Shown here in pieces: positions 36,118 to 49,590 of a DNA stretch of 64,000 nt (within the stretch, counting starts at the first letter, position 1; the number at the start of each line of letters is the position of its first letter). The translations under genes were made by a program, and so were the position numbers. The notes under the pieces are model-generated. The model was not told the DNA's origin. It made no database searches and saw only the letters and a list, made by a program, of their open reading frames with translations. Source of the stretch: Octopus sinensis (Eukaryota); assembly GCF_006345805.1 (NCBI RefSeq), contig NC_043001.1, positions 45,880,001 to 45,944,000 of the forward strand, written 5' to 3'.

Positions 36118-36425
36118 GGTGCATGGCTTAGTGGTTAAGGTATTCAGCTCATGATTGTAAGGTTGTGAGTTCAATTCCACATAACGTGTAGTGTCCTTTA
36201 GCAAGATACTTTATTTCACGAGGCTCCAGTCCAGTCAGCTGGCAAAAATGAGTAGTACCTCTATTTCAAAGGGTCAACATTGTCATACTGAATCTCCCTG
36301 AGAACTACATTAAAGATGCACGTGTCTGTGGAGTGCTCAGCTATATGCATGTTAATTTTATGTGTAGGCTGTTCTGTTGGTTAGATCAACTAGAACCCTC
36401 GTCATCATAACTGATGGAGTGCCAG
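36118..36425 (+). mobile_element. tRNA-derived SINE (family C-related)
   Basis: tggcttagtgg...gagttcaattcc head; same tail (cgtgtctgtggagtgctcagc...gatggagtgcca). Confidence 0.8.
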
Positions 36426-36439
36426 TTTGTATACATATA

Positions 36440-36528
36440 TATATATATATATATATATAGAGATAGAGAGATAGAGAGAGAGATAGAGAGATAGAGAGAT
36501 AGAGAGAGAGATAGAGAGATAGAGAGAT

Positions 36529-36623
<95 letters not shown>

Positions 36624-36636
36624 TAGAGAGAGAGAT

Positions 36637-36695
<59 letters not shown>

Positions 36696-36718
36696 TAGAG
36701 ATAGATAGAGAGATAGAT

Positions 36719-36753
<35 letters not shown>

Positions 36754-36758
36754 TATAG

Positions 36759-36811
<53 letters not shown>
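36440..36811. repeat. (AG)n/(AGAGAT)n/(AGAT)n compound microsatellite
   Basis: Directly visible; explains the SLSL ORFs. Confidence 0.95.
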
Positions 36812-37285
36812 TGTTTCTTTATTAGCCACACAGGGCTGCACACAGATAGAACAAATTACAAGGTAGAGCTTTTCTTTTGAAGGTTTAAAAAAAAAAAAAA
36901 AAACAAATGAAAAAAAAATAGAAAAGGGGGGGGGTCGATCAAAAGGGATCGTAAAAGGAGAGAAAGAGGAAAAAAAATTGATCAATAGGGATCGTTATCA
37001 CAGAAATGTCAATATGAAGTGTAAAGGGGAGGACAGGTGAGGTTTACCCGTGGAAAGAAAAGCCTACGGAAAAGACCACAGTAACCTCGGTCAATGAAGT
37101 CACATGTTATATTTCTTTTTTTTTTTTGCAAATAAGCAACTCTCTGTATTAATTTTACGGTTCATAGAATCATAGTCAAGGTGGCTTCGTCATTCATACG
37201 TGCCATCCTTGCTACATTCACCCATCTTTTTTTAAAACATTCACTAGACAAAACTTGCCTCTCTACTCTCACTTTTTTCTTCAAG
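36812..37285 (-). mobile_element. LINE 3' end, probably L1/Tx1-like
   Basis: Minus frame LKKKVRVERQVLSSECFKKRWVNVARMARMNDEATLTMIL*, then a 3' UTR, AATAAA near 36820 and an (ATCT)n tail. Clade assignment is from recall. Confidence 0.6.
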
Positions 37286-37294
37286 TGATACTTA

Positions 37295-37680
37295 GGCACA
37301 GGTGTGGCCATGTGGTTGAGAAACTTGTTTCCCAGTCATGTGAACTTGGGTTCAGTCCCACTGGATGGCATCTTAGGCAAATGTCCAAATCCTTATTAGT
37401 GGATTTGGTAGACGGACACTGAAAAGAAGCCTGTTGTATGTATATGTGTGTGTGTACACTTGCTTTGACATCATGTGATGATTGTAAACAAGCATCACCA
37501 TCAAACAAGTATGTTGCTCATTTTCATTTCTCCATGGAAAACATGTCTAAACAAGAGAAATATTACTTGGCTTGGAGACAGGTGAAGATTGGTGAGAGGA
37601 AGAGCACCAGTGGTAGAAAAATTTACCTCAATAAATTGCATGTCTGACCCATGCAAGCATGGAGAAGTAGACTTTAAATG
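37295..37680 (+). mobile_element. SINE B head with RTE-type tail
   Basis: ggtgtggccatgtggttgag...ggttcagtccc...cccatgcaagcatgga...(gat)n; similar to 51930-52395. Confidence 0.7.
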
Positions 37681-38262
37681 GTGATGATGATGATGTATAT
37701 TATATATATAAAGAAAAAGATTTTCTTAGAAATTCTATTTAAAAATATATTTTTAAAAACAGAATGTTGCAAACTTTTAGGAAAGAATTGTGTCTTTTGT
37801 GTGTCAGCACTTTCATTACTGAACAACAAAAGTGCATACACACAAAATACAGACAATATGAAAACTTCTTTCCAGAAGGTCCCATGGCATAAAATTGGTA
37901 ATAACTTTTAAGAAAATCATATTTTATACATAGTGATTGTATCATATAATTTTTGCAAACACACACACAAAGTAGTCAGTTGACAGAGTTGATTCAAGTA
38001 CCAGACTGGTACTAAGTGTTATTTTATTTGAAACTTCCACCTTATCAGTGATGAGAAGGTGGAACTCAGAACATAGAGCATTGAGCCAGGTGCTTTACTA
38101 TTTCACCCCTGCTTGCTGCTGCTGCTGCATCATCATAGTCGATGCTTCTGACTAAGCACATGACCTGTAATTTTAAATGTGTGTGTGTGTGTGTGGGGGG
38201 GGGGTAGTTAATTACATTGAGCCTGGTACTTGACAGGCACTGTATTCATGCTAACCAAACCA

Positions 38263-38489
38263 GTAACCCTTTAGCATTTAAACCGGCCATAACTGGCCAA
38301 ATAATTCTAGTGTTTTATATCCAAACTGACCAGATCTGGTCCCTCACACCTACCCAATAACATCATTCTAAAAATAAACAATTACATCATCAAAATTTTG
38401 AAATGACGAAATAATGCTTGTTTAATTGAAAACAATATGAATCAATAAGTATTATTTTTGACAGAAAAATCTGAATACTAAAGGGTTAA
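38263..38489. mobile_element. TTAA-flanked MITE (piggyBac-like)
   Basis: gtaa-ccctttagcatt ... aatactaaaggg-ttaa. Confidence 0.75.
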
Positions 38490-39716
38490 GTTGAAAAGCA
38501 AAGTCGATCTTGAAAAGATTTGCCAGTTTACTACTACTACTAAATAATAATAATAATAATCCTTTCTATATAAGCACAAGGCACCTGAAATTAATGGGAA
38601 GGGGGAAAGTCTGTTGCATCAATCTCAGTGTTCAACTGGTACTTACTTCAAAGACCTGAAAGGACGAAAGGCAAAGTGAACCATGGCAGAATTTGGACTA
38701 GAATGTAACGTTGGATGAGATGCTACTAAGCATATTGTTTGGTGTGTTAGCAATTCTGCTAGTTTGCTGCCTTAACAATAATAATAATGTTAATAGTTTC
38801 AAAGTTTGGCACAGCCAGCCGATAACATCAACCTCAGTACTTGACTGGTACTTTATTTTACCAACCCCAAAAGGATGGAAGACAAAGATGATCTTGGTGA
38901 AATTTGAATTCAGAATGTAAAGATGGATGAAATGCCACTAAGTACTTTGTGGCATTTTGGGGGAGGGGGCCAGTCAATTAGATTGACCCCAGTATGCAAC
39001 TGGTACTTAATTTATCAACCCCGAAAGGATGAAAGGCAAAGTTGACCTGGGCGGAATTTGAACTCAGAACGTAGCAGCAGATGAAATACTGCTAAGCATT
39101 TCACCTGGTGTACTAACAACTCTGCCAGCTCGCCACCTTACTAATAACAATAATAATAATAATAATGATAATCCTTTCTACTATAGGCACAAGGCCTGAA
39201 ATTTTGGCAGAGGGTCAGTTACACTGATCCCAGTGTTCAACTTGGATCGTATATATATATACATATACGTGCGTGCGTACATACATACATATATAGTGAT
39301 TCGGGAACAGAGATCAAAAGAATAAGTGCCAGGTTTAAAAAAGTACTTGGGTCAATTCGCTGACTAAAATTCATCAGGGTGGTGTCCCAGCTTGGCACCA
39401 CCCTCACAGCTTTGAGGTTTTGAAGCTGTGATGGTTTATCTGGGAATGACATTGCAGGATAGGTATGAGAGAACAGATCTGGCCAGTTTGAACATATAAA
39501 CAGGTAGAATATTTGGGCTGGATGTGGCCTGTTTAAATGCTAAAGAGTCAAGGCTCACTCTTCCATATTTGCATGGGTCAGACAAAGTTTATTGAGGCAG
39601 ATTTTCTATGGCTGGCTGCCCTTCCTATCACCAACCCTTACCTGTTTCCAAGCAAAGTAATATTTCTCCATGGCCAGACATGTTTTTGCAGTATATTAGA
39701 AATAAATGACATTCAC

Positions 39717-39940
39717 TGGCAGAAACGTTAGCACATCGGGTGAAATGCTTAGCGGTATTTCGTCTGCCATTACGTTGGGAGTTCAAATTCTGCCGAGGTC
39801 GACTTTACCTTTCATCCTTTCGGGGTCGATTAAATAAGTACCAGTTGCACATTGGGGTCAATATAATCAACTTAATCCATTTGTCTGTCCTTGTTTGTCC
39901 CCTCTGTGTGTAGCCCTTTGTGGGCAGTAAAGAAATAAGA
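39717..39940 (+). mobile_element. Young SINE family A
   Basis: Near-identical to 17239-17470 and 46262-46490. Confidence 0.85.
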
Positions 39941-40023
39941 AATAAACGACATTCACTTACAACAATCATATGATGCCAAGACAAGGAGACATAAACATTC
40001 TTTCTCTCTCTCTTTCTCTCTCA

Positions 40024-40059
<36 letters not shown>

Positions 40060-41264
40060 CTGTCAGGCATTGCCCTCTTCTGCCAATTTAAATGTTGTTG
40101 GGACAAGCAGTGTTGTTGTCTGCAAATGTTTGTTCAGCTGCTGCTGGAAGGGGATGGTGTTGTCTTGAAATAGTGTTGGTCATGTTCAGTCGTCTGAGCC
40201 TTTTTTTTTTTTTTGACCTTATTACTATGGATGGTCCAACTTGGAGTATTAGTAGCAGATTCTTGAAGGCATTGCTCTCAGAGTCATTGAATCAAACAAA
40301 CCCACAACCATGACAAAAGAAAAAAAAAAACAACCATCAGAGTGTGTACACACACACACACACACACATACATAATGTTTCTAACGAGTAAGGCAAAAAG
40401 TACACAATACATGGTACAGAGTATAATTACATTTATTTGGCTGATACTGGTTCCTGTTATTTTAAGTTTCACATGAATGTGAAAGTAAAATAAGGCAAGT
40501 GCCATCAGTTGAATAAATGAGAGAGAGAGAGAGAGAATGTTTGGGGTTTATATACAAGAAATTCAAATTCTATTTAAACAAAAAGTTAAATACAACATAA
40601 AAATTGAAAGGAAAGTAACAAAACTGTCAGCACCCATCTCTAAACACAACCAGAAAAACAACAACTACAACAAGAGTAACAACAACAACAAAGATCTGAA
40701 ATCAATAGTGAAAAAAGGTATTGATTTCTCCCTCCCACCCTCACCTCCATCAATTTAATTGTTGTTGTTGTTGTTGTTGTTAGCAGCTTCAAAGATGCAA
40801 CTTTACTAATTATCAGGAGAGAAGAGGAGTTGTAGGGGGGAAGAAAGAAATGTTTAAGTGAGTTGTTTGCTGGTTGTGGTGGCAGTAGTAACCTTGCTGA
40901 TGATGATGATGGTGATGGTGGTGACAGTAGTGGGACAATGGTAGGATGATAGTGACGATGGGGAGTGATGGAACAGAGGTGGTGAAGCGATGGTGATGGT
41001 AGAGTGTCAGTGATGGTGATAAGGTGAGTGTGGTGGTAGTGCAGGCAGAAGTAGCAGTTGAAGAGGCTAGGTTTGTTGTTGTTGTTGTTTATGTTTTTAG
41101 GGGTGACATGATTGAATTTGCAATGTTATTGTTATGTGGTGTTGGTGGTGGCGGTGATAGAAGAAAAATGACATTGAAGTTGGCATCAATGATGTTGCTG
41201 TTATAGCTGTTGCTTTGAAGAGTGAAGTTGGTTACTCTTGTTTGGATGGTAGGTGTGTTGCAGT

Positions 41265-41700
41265 TTTGAGGTTGCTAATTTTGGTGTTGATACAGGTTGC
41301 TAATTCTGTGTTGTTGTTTGGAGATTGTGATTGTTATTGGAGGTTGCTATTCTTGTTGTTGTTGGGTGCTAATTCTGTAACTGAAATTGTTGTAGGTTGC
41401 TAATTCTGTTGTCACAGGATGTTAATTCTGTTGTCATTGTCTAGTGGTTGCTAATTGCTGCTTGGAGGTTGCTAATTGTCTTGTTTAGTGATTGCTAATT
41501 CTCTTGTTGTTTGGAGGTTGCTAATTCTTTTGTTATCGCTTTAGTGGTTGCTAATTCAGTCATTATTGCTATAGGTTGCTAATTCTTTTTGTTGCTGTTG
41601 AAGGTTGCTAATTCTCTTGTGGTTTGAATGCTGTTAATTCTGCTGTTGTTGACTGAAGATTATTAATTTTGTTGTTGTTTGAAGTCTATAAATTCTACCA
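41265..41700. repeat. Degenerate minisatellite with core ggttgctaattct
   Basis: More than 12 copies of ggttgctaatt at roughly 20-40-bp spacing. Confidence 0.8.
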
Positions 41701-42314
41701 TTTTCTCCTTATCTAAACGTTGTTGTTGTTACAGAGAGGCTGTTATCGTTATTCGTATATGAAGGCTGTTATTTTTTATCCCTATTGTTATCAACATACA
41801 GGAGTCTATTAATTCAATTGCCGATGTTGATTAATTATTATCATTATTATTATCATATAAAAGCAAATGAAAAATGATGAAGATGCTTGTTGTTGTTGTT
41901 GTTGCAGGAGATTGCTAATCCATTTGTTTTTGTTGTTGTAACTGCTGCTGCTGTCAATGTTCTGATATTTTCTCTTTAGGTTAGTTTTTTTTTTCTTTCA
42001 TGGGTTGATAATGGTATAGCTTAATTTTAGGTTGCTGCTGTTTCTTTTCTTGAAGTATTGATGTGTGTGTGTATGCATTCTGTCACTGACATACATAAAT
42101 GAATACATACGCGTATAAACATTTACATATATGTATACATGAACTGTAGCTGTTTCATGGATGCTTCTAACCTATAATAACATGGAGGAATGCATGTGAA
42201 AATGATAATGATAACAATTTTATATACAAAACACATACGCGTGTATGTATGTATGTATGTAGATCTATAAACAAGCATACATACACATATATAAATGTGT
42301 ATGTGTATATATAT

Positions 42315-42493
42315 ATGACCAGTAAGAAAAAATACAAGCAAATTAATCCAAAGTATTTGGGTAGACACACACACACATATGCCCACACTCCTAAACAGAT
42401 ATATATATATATATCTGTATATGAGTGGGCAAGTGTATGTTTATCCAAATACATAAGATTAATATACTTGTATATTTTATTCTTACTGGTCAT
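42315..42493. repeat. Old imperfect inverted repeat (~85-bp arms, centred on (TA)n)
   Basis: atgaccagtaagaa... at 42315 and ...ttcttactggtcat ending at 42493; mirrored MTSK ORFs on opposite strands. Confidence 0.8.
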
Positions 42494-43710
42494 GTAATCA
42501 TCACATAATCTCCTACCTCATTACATACTCCAAAACCCTATCATTATTATAGATACTTTTCTGAAATTTCACCTGCACCTCGTAATAAAACAAAGAATAT
42601 AATAATAATAATAAAACTTCGTTTCGATAATATTTGGTTTCTCACCTAAGCACAAGGCCTCTCTTCTTTTTAATTTTAGGTAGAATGCAGGCTCCCCCCT
42701 TTTTTTTTAGGGAGAAGGCAGGGAGAACACAGTTTGTAAAAATGATCCCAGTTATGGTGAATGCTTCTTATATTATTTATCAAGAGAAGGTGCAAAGCAA
42801 AGTGAAATTTTGGTGGGATTGGGAGGCCTTACACCTTTTTCATAACTCTTTATTGTAGAAACCAACTTTTTTTGTCATGTTTGATGAGAAAAGCAGATAT
42901 GGAAGGCTGCTGTATGACTAACTATATTGCTGTATTATGTTTCTCTCTAGCCTGAGTTCACATCTTATGAAGGATAAGTTTTGCCCTTCACTCTTTATGG
43001 TGGTAAAGCAGTGTTTAAGAAGTAAATACTGGAGCTAGCACCACGTAAAATGCACTGGTGCTGGTGCCACATAAAAAGCATCATCACCATGTAAAAAGCA
43101 CTGGTGATGGTGTCATGTAAAAGGCATCCAGTACACTTTGTAAAGTGGTTGATATCAGGAAGAGTTTCCAGCTGTAGACACTAAACCAAAAACACTATGG
43201 AACCTGGTATAGTCCCTGGCCTTACCAGTTCCTGTCAAGCTATCCAATCCATGCCAACATGGAAAACGATATTAAATGAAATGATGAATGTACCAAGTCA
43301 GATGCAATTGACTAAATTCCAAATACAAAATCTAGCCTTGTGCCAGTGCTTTGACAAAATGCATTGCAGTATTTGTTCCACCTCTTTAAATTTTGAATTC
43401 AAATTTCACGGAGGTAAAATTTGCCTTTCATCCCTCTAAAGTTGATAAAATACCAATCAAGTACAGTCAATACTGGGCCTAATTTCATCAACCAACTCTG
43501 CCTCTCCTCAATAACATTGGCCTTGTGCCTAAGTTAGAAACAATCATTGTCTTTTGATAAAAGAATCTATAAAACAAATCTATTTTACCATTCTCAGAAT
43601 AATAAGTTAGTAAAATTGGAAACTTGAGAATAAAACAAATGCAACATCCACATATTAATAACAGAACTGAACACAGCTGAATGACTATCACAGTAATGCA
43701 AAACGACCCT

Positions 43711-43752
<42 letters not shown>

Positions 43753-44510
43753 GGGTCAGCTTCCAACACCATTTCTCTGAAGAAAGGGTCCTCATCCTGA
43801 AATACAAGGTAAAAGCACATGGCCTAGTGGTAAGGCATCGGACTTATGATCATAAGGTCGTAAGTTCAATTCCTGGACCAGGCACTTCAATCCACATTGC
43901 TCCAGTCTCTTCAAATGAAAATATGTACTTAGTGTTAAAAGTAAACATAACAATGCTTGTTTTTTTTTTTATGAATCAACCAGGATATAACTGTTTTGGT
44001 GTCACCAAGTGCAACTCAACATGTAGACAATGTAACCCTAGAAAGTCTAGTAGGGGCACAGATATGGTTGTGTTGAATAATTTCACTTTGCAATTATGTG
44101 TTTCTGGATCTAATCCCACAGCAATGCATATTGGAAAAGTGTATTCTTCTATAAAGTTAGATTGACCAATATCCTCTGAGTGAAATTTAGTAGATGGAAA
44201 CTAAGTGCAAGCCTGTCATCTGTATGTGTATATAGATAAGAATTGCTGATAATTAGTCAATTAGTCTAGCAATCAAAAAGTATTTACTCTGAGCAAGTTA
44301 TGTACTTTTATGATGAAGGAGAACTTAGCTATTCCATAAATTGAGAACAAGTCAAATACCAGAAAAAGTATTGGAGCCAATAATCACTAAAACATTTGAA
44401 AGTGGTGTCCCAACATGACCATAATCCAAAGACAGAAACATAAAAGAAATGCAGTGAATATGGAAATAATTATCTCAGAAGCAAGAATTCTGTTATTGCA
44501 GTAAATACTT

Positions 44511-44863
44511 CTTCTTCTTTTTCTTGAGACAGCATTCATCCAGGGTGGGTTGAGCTGGCTTCATTCATCCTCAATGCTGTATCTCTCACAAACGCCGACC
44601 AGACCTGGCAATTTGAGGCTAACGACCATGTGATCTCCAACCAATCCTTATTCCAGCAGTGAACGTTGTAGATATGAGGGCCTAGGTTGGGTTCCAGATC
44701 AGCCTTGACTGTCATCAGCCAGGTTTTTCGTTGTCCACCACATCGCTTTCGCCAACCCTGAAGGGGAGCTGGAGCAATTGCTTCGTAGATGAACTCTTCT
44801 GGTTGACAACGGAGAGCATGAGGGCATGACGGAGGGCATATTTGATCCTTCAAACATTCCTCA
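44511..44863 (-). mobile_element. 5'-truncated RTE-clade LINE (second family) with target-site duplication
   Basis: GWRKRCGGQRKTWLMTVKADLEP..GP..WNKDW C-terminus; (AAG)n tail; 14-bp TSD TGCAGTAAATACTT at 44497-44510 and 44864-44877. Confidence 0.88.
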
Positions 44864-45958
44864 TGCAGTAAATACTTGACAGCAGATGACTTCAAAATGG
44901 TAAAGCTTGGTGAAATTTTGCCTCATTAAATTAAATTACATATCTAAAATGGTTTTGTATCAAAATTTATTCCTTAGAACAGTAGGACTTACTATGTAGC
45001 CTGTCTTTTACCCTTCTCCCTGTGATCCTGCATAGTGGCTGGATTTTCATCTAAAGTCTGAAAAACAGCTACAGAGAGAAAGGCCCAGAGAAATTTAGCA
45101 TGACATTTTTTGCTGGAAATGGAGCTGCGTGACACAAGTAAATCTAAAGACTATAATTAGTCATAATGTTCATTTGTTGCTCTTTATTAAAAATTTTGAG
45201 TAGTAGCGATAGAAGTTGAATGAAAGTAGCCTACTTGTTTGAAAATATAAGCTATATGTGTGGAGAATTTAGCTCACATGTATCAGGAACTTGGTCCATA
45301 TGTATAACAAATGTGGACCACACAGTGAAAAAATATAAAACCTTGCATATGGAGAATTTTAGCCCAGGTGTCTGGAAACTAAGTTACATGTGTGGAAAAT
45401 GTAGCTTGAATCCAGTTAATTTGTTGCTGTTGGTTAGCTGAGTCAAAACATTTTTTTTTCTTCTAACTGCTTTTCCAAAATTAGAGAATGACAAAACATA
45501 TGGTAATATGCACTCAAAGACACCAAAAACACACAAACATGCATAGACAAGTTATGCACTCACACATGAATACACATCCTTCATACATATGTGCAGAGGC
45601 TAACACAAACATATGTACATAGGTTTCAAAAGATATTCAGATAGATATGGAAGAAAAGAAAATAAAAATTATAAAAGTTGAGGAAAAGGAGGAGTAAGAG
45701 GAACAAGATGATGATGTAGACTGATAAAAACTAAAAAGAAGAAATAAATATGAAGAAGCAATAGTTCCAATTTCTCACATTGGCATAAGTCCAATAAATT
45801 CATAGGGAACATGATTATAGTTAACTAAGACTGATAGTTAAGTGTAGATTAACATAATGTAAGTGAAAAAACATGTTTTAATAAATTAGAAATACACTTG
45901 TAATAAGGAGTAGAATAAACAGCTTATGATTAATTCTGGTCAGGGAGATAACTGAAAT

Positions 45959-46124
45959 TTAAATTAATTTAAAATTGACTGGGCTTGTGCCATTAAGTAT
46001 GTTAATTCCATCACAATTAACTATTTGCTTCACATGCAAAAGGTGTGTGCCTCTGTGTAATTCCCTCAAAAAATCTGTCCACAAGTCCTTCTGATTAAAA
46101 CTGAGCATTGTTGGATAACAAATC
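45959..46124 (-). CDS. Exon of unannotated minus-strand gene (possible last exon)
   Basis: Acceptor cttcatctgttcag; phase 2; ICYPTMLSFNQKDLWTDFLRELHRGTHLLHVKQIVNCDGINILNGTSPVNFKLI*; phase matches the preceding exon. Confidence 0.5.
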
Positions 46125-46261
46125 CTGAACAGATGAAGTTCAAGGTTGACACCAGTGAGATACAAACTCAGAACTTTAAGGGTGGGTTACTAAATACTAC
46201 AAGGTATTTATGTTGATTCTTTACAGTTTCAACTCCTCCTCCTCCTCACCACTACCTATTT

Positions 46262-46490
46262 CTTTACTACCCACAAGGGGCTAAACATAGAGGGGACAAA
46301 CAAGGACAGACAAACGGATTAAGTCGAATATATCGACCCCAGTGCGTAACTGGTACTTACTTAATCGACCCCGAAAGGATGAAAGGCAAAGTCGACCTCG
46401 GCGGAATTTGAACTCAGAACGTAGCGGCAGACAAAATATGGCTATGCATTTCGCCTGGCGTGCTAACGTTTCTGCCAGCTCACTGCCTTT
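46262..46490 (-). mobile_element. Young SINE family A
   Basis: Reverse complement of 39717-39940. Confidence 0.85.
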
Positions 46491-46840
46491 CTCCTCACCA
46501 CTACCACAGCCGTTTTAATGCTTATTGCTGTTGTTTACTCCTAGATCAGCCAATGATCATATAAATCTATGGACAAGTGCTTTGCCCATTTGGTCTTTTA
46601 TCCATTCTTAGTGTATCCTGAACTATATAATCAAACATGTCCTTTTTTGAAAAGGCTACATGATGTGATTTGAGGATAATTTGGTTGCTATTTCCAGTAG
46701 GGACTTCATTTAAGGCTGGGAGATCTATCACTCCTCCCCTGCCCCTCATTCTGGCTTGTGGTGGACAAATTTGTTACCACAAGAGTAATTTCAGTCTCTT
46801 ATCATCTCATCTGATATCTGATAGCCTCGCTTCTTCATAC

Positions 46841-46936
46841 ATAGTTTTCTTTTTATCTTTAGGAAGAAGGAAAAGTCCATCCAGAGACTGACAATATTGA
46901 TACAACTGATGTTCAGTTTGAATATCTGAGTGGATT
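46841..46936 (-). CDS. Internal exon of unannotated minus-strand gene
   Basis: Long pyrimidine acceptor tttctcctctccccatcttacctgtag; IHSDIQTEHQLYQYCQSLDGLFLLPKDKKKT; donor AT|gtatga; phase 2 at both ends. Confidence 0.5.
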
Positions 46937-49082
46937 CTACAGGTAAGATGGGGAGAGGAGAAATAATTAGGAGAAAGGGTTAGCACTGGGCTTGAAGAGG
47001 TTAGGTGGAAGTGATATATAACTAGCTAGTTCTAAAGAGTAGAAACTATTATGATAGTAGCTATACACAATAGTTCTGCACAGTAATTTTCCACTGACAG
47101 CCTTTAATGTTTTAGCCCAGCACACATCATCATCCATTCACATTTAGTCCAGTGCTTGGGTTGCTGATTCTGAAAACTAATGATAGCAACAACAGTAATT
47201 CTTTTAATGAGAACAGACAGATAGCTGTAATTACAGTGTTAATGTGTGTGTTAGAGACAGCGTTAGTGGATAAGAGCATTACTATCATTAGTTTATAAAT
47301 ATAGTTTCCTAGTTTGAATCCAGTCTAGTACTGCATGCATTTCCAGGAATAAGATGACAATTGGAGATTAAACTGATTGAAACTTAGTGTAGTGTAAACA
47401 TTAATAAAAAAAAAATGTTTCATCTCTAAAGGTAAAATAAATATTAAAAAAATTATAATTATGTTATTAATCATTCATGTTGTTCTATACTGAAACCTTC
47501 CTTTAAATACTGGAGTCTCCTTATAACTCTTATATTCATTGTGTACCAGTTTAGATGACTGGGGAGTTAAAAAATTTGATGTCTTAATCCATTCATTACT
47601 ATGTTTCTATTGATTATCATCATTTAATGTCCCTGTTCCATGATTTGACAGGAGCTGGCAAGTCAGAAAACTGCATCAGATTCCCATTGTGTGTTTTGAC
47701 ATGGTTTCTATAGTTAGATGCCCTTTCTAACATCAACCACTTTACAGAATGTACTGGGTGCTTTTTACATGACACCAGCACATGGCACCTGCATGGGTGC
47801 TTTATAAAAAGAAGCCAGTATAAGAAATTTTTATGTGACATCATCATGGGTGCTTTTTTTTTTAATGTGGCACTGGCACATTGCTTATGTGTTTCAATTA
47901 ATTTTGAAAATAAAACTTTAGATGGGTGAAAGGGCTTGAGCTCAGAACATAAAGGGTCATAAAATTCTGCAAGATGTTTTGTGTGAGGCTCTATCAATTC
48001 TACCAATTCACCATCCTTAACAATAATAAGTGTGTTCAAATTTGGTCAAGGTCAACTTTACTTTTTAGTGGTTGATATATAAAATACCATTCATTATTGA
48101 GGTAAACTCTATCTTGACCCAACTCTCAGAATTGGTTACACTGCACTGTAAAAGGGTTGTGTGGTTAGCTAGGGTCTAGCAACCACTTTTCATCTAGCAA
48201 GCTACAAAAGCCATCCAAAGAAACCTTAGAACTCGGTAGGTGTGGATGGACTGATGTCTGTTACAGCATGGAATGGTTAAAAACAAGAACAAATAAATAA
48301 ACAAATATGATATTATTTATCCAACTCTAAGGCATGCTTTCTGAAACCTTTCAATTATTTATCTCCTTCAATATCATAAATTCTATTCCCCACTCCCTTA
48401 TATTTCCACCAAAACACCTAGTCAGCATAAAATCACAGATTAAAAAAAAAAGATGAGATGAATTTATTATCAAGGTTTTGCATTACAGAATTAATAGTTA
48501 ATTTTCAAGCATGATATGTTTAACTCCTTAACATGTTAAGATTACCTTCAGGAAGTAAATTTATTTCTGATTGAGAATCTCAACTCTATTTGCAAACCCA
48601 CACATCACATACTCAACACAAAACCATCACCTGACACTAAAGAAAACACATAACACAACCTGATACTAAAACATAATAATGCCAATTCACACAACACATT
48701 CTATACAATCACATTCCGACACTGAAACACTTTAACATATATGAAACACAATCACCATTCAATAAAACAATATAATGCAGATAGCACATTTTATACAAAA
48801 GACAACTACTGAAGTAGCACCAGAAACAGCAAAACAAACCCTGACAACAAACTAAAAGAAATGAAGGATACCAAAAACAATTCTCTTTTCTCTCTCAAAA
48901 TGACGTAGCATTCACCTCCAGAAAATAGTATGATAGAAACTTTCTATTTTTTTACACATTATGGTATAGATTAAGGAAGATTTAGCTCCTATTTCTATCA
49001 GGTCAAGAGATCACATGAAGGTTTTATCTTTGTTGTCTTATTTTTGATTTTGTTGCTATCCCTGACAACAGGCATCTCTGAC

Positions 49083-49116
49083 CTACAATATATCAGCAAT
49101 GAACGTTTTCGATTAG
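49083..49116 (-). CDS. Small internal exon of minus-strand gene
   Basis: ttatttaattttag|CT NRKRSLLIYC AG|gtcaga; phase-2 end matches the 46936 exon. Confidence 0.35.
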
Positions 49117-49334
49117 CTAAAATTAAATAACTTTAAATGTTTGCAACTCCTTTATTATCAATTTCAAGGAAGGCAGTGGTATTTCATCTGTCATTACGTT
49201 CTGAGTTCAAATTCCACCGAGGTTGACTTTGCCTTTCATCCTTTCAGGGTTGATAAATTAAGTACCAGTTGCATACTGGGGTCAATCTAATTGACTGGCC
49301 CCCTCCCCCAAAATTTTGTGCCTTGTGCCTAGAG

Positions 49335-49590
49335 TCATCATCATCATCGTTTAGCGTCCGTTTTCCATGCTAGCATGGGTTGGACGGTTCAACTGGGGTC
49401 TGTGAAGCCGGAAGGCTTCATCAGGCCTAGTCAGATCTGGCAGTGTTTCTACGGCTGGATGCCCTTCCTAACGCCAACCACTCCATGAGTGTAGTGGGTG
49501 CTTTTTACGTGCCACCCGCACAGGTGCCAGACAGAGCTGGCAAACGGCCACGAACGGATGGTGCTTTTTATGTGCCACCGGCACGGGGTA
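49335..49590 (-). mobile_element. RTE-type 3' tail repeat, preceded by SINE A (49170-49335)
   Basis: Matches 5551-5752. Confidence 0.85.

Noticed and set aside
35714-36190. tRNA genes
   Set aside because: A/B boxes are followed by SINE bodies present in multiple copies, with no complete cloverleaf or terminator.
33395-41700. CRISPR-like repeat/spacer appearance of the two minisatellites
   Set aside because: Eukaryotic context, degenerate repeats, low-complexity related spacers, no cas genes.
1109-42497. Long ORFs rich in HT, YI, SL, VC or poly-I/N (e.g. 1109..1534, 4415..4795, 15778..16086, 36386..36985)
   Set aside because: They are translations of microsatellites, not genes.
43488-43800. 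Minus-strand exon DEDPFFREMVLEADP followed by a hydrophobic stretch
   Set aside because: Good acceptor, but the frame runs through a (CT)n microsatellite and no convincing donor or partner exon was found.
46863-46942. Plus-strand exon EEGKVHPETDNIDTTDVQFEYLSGFY with good acceptor and AG|gtaaga donor
   Set aside because: It overlaps a minus-strand exon that fits in phase with neighbours on both sides, and its pyrimidine tract is the antisense of KDKKK codons. Not excluded without RNA data.
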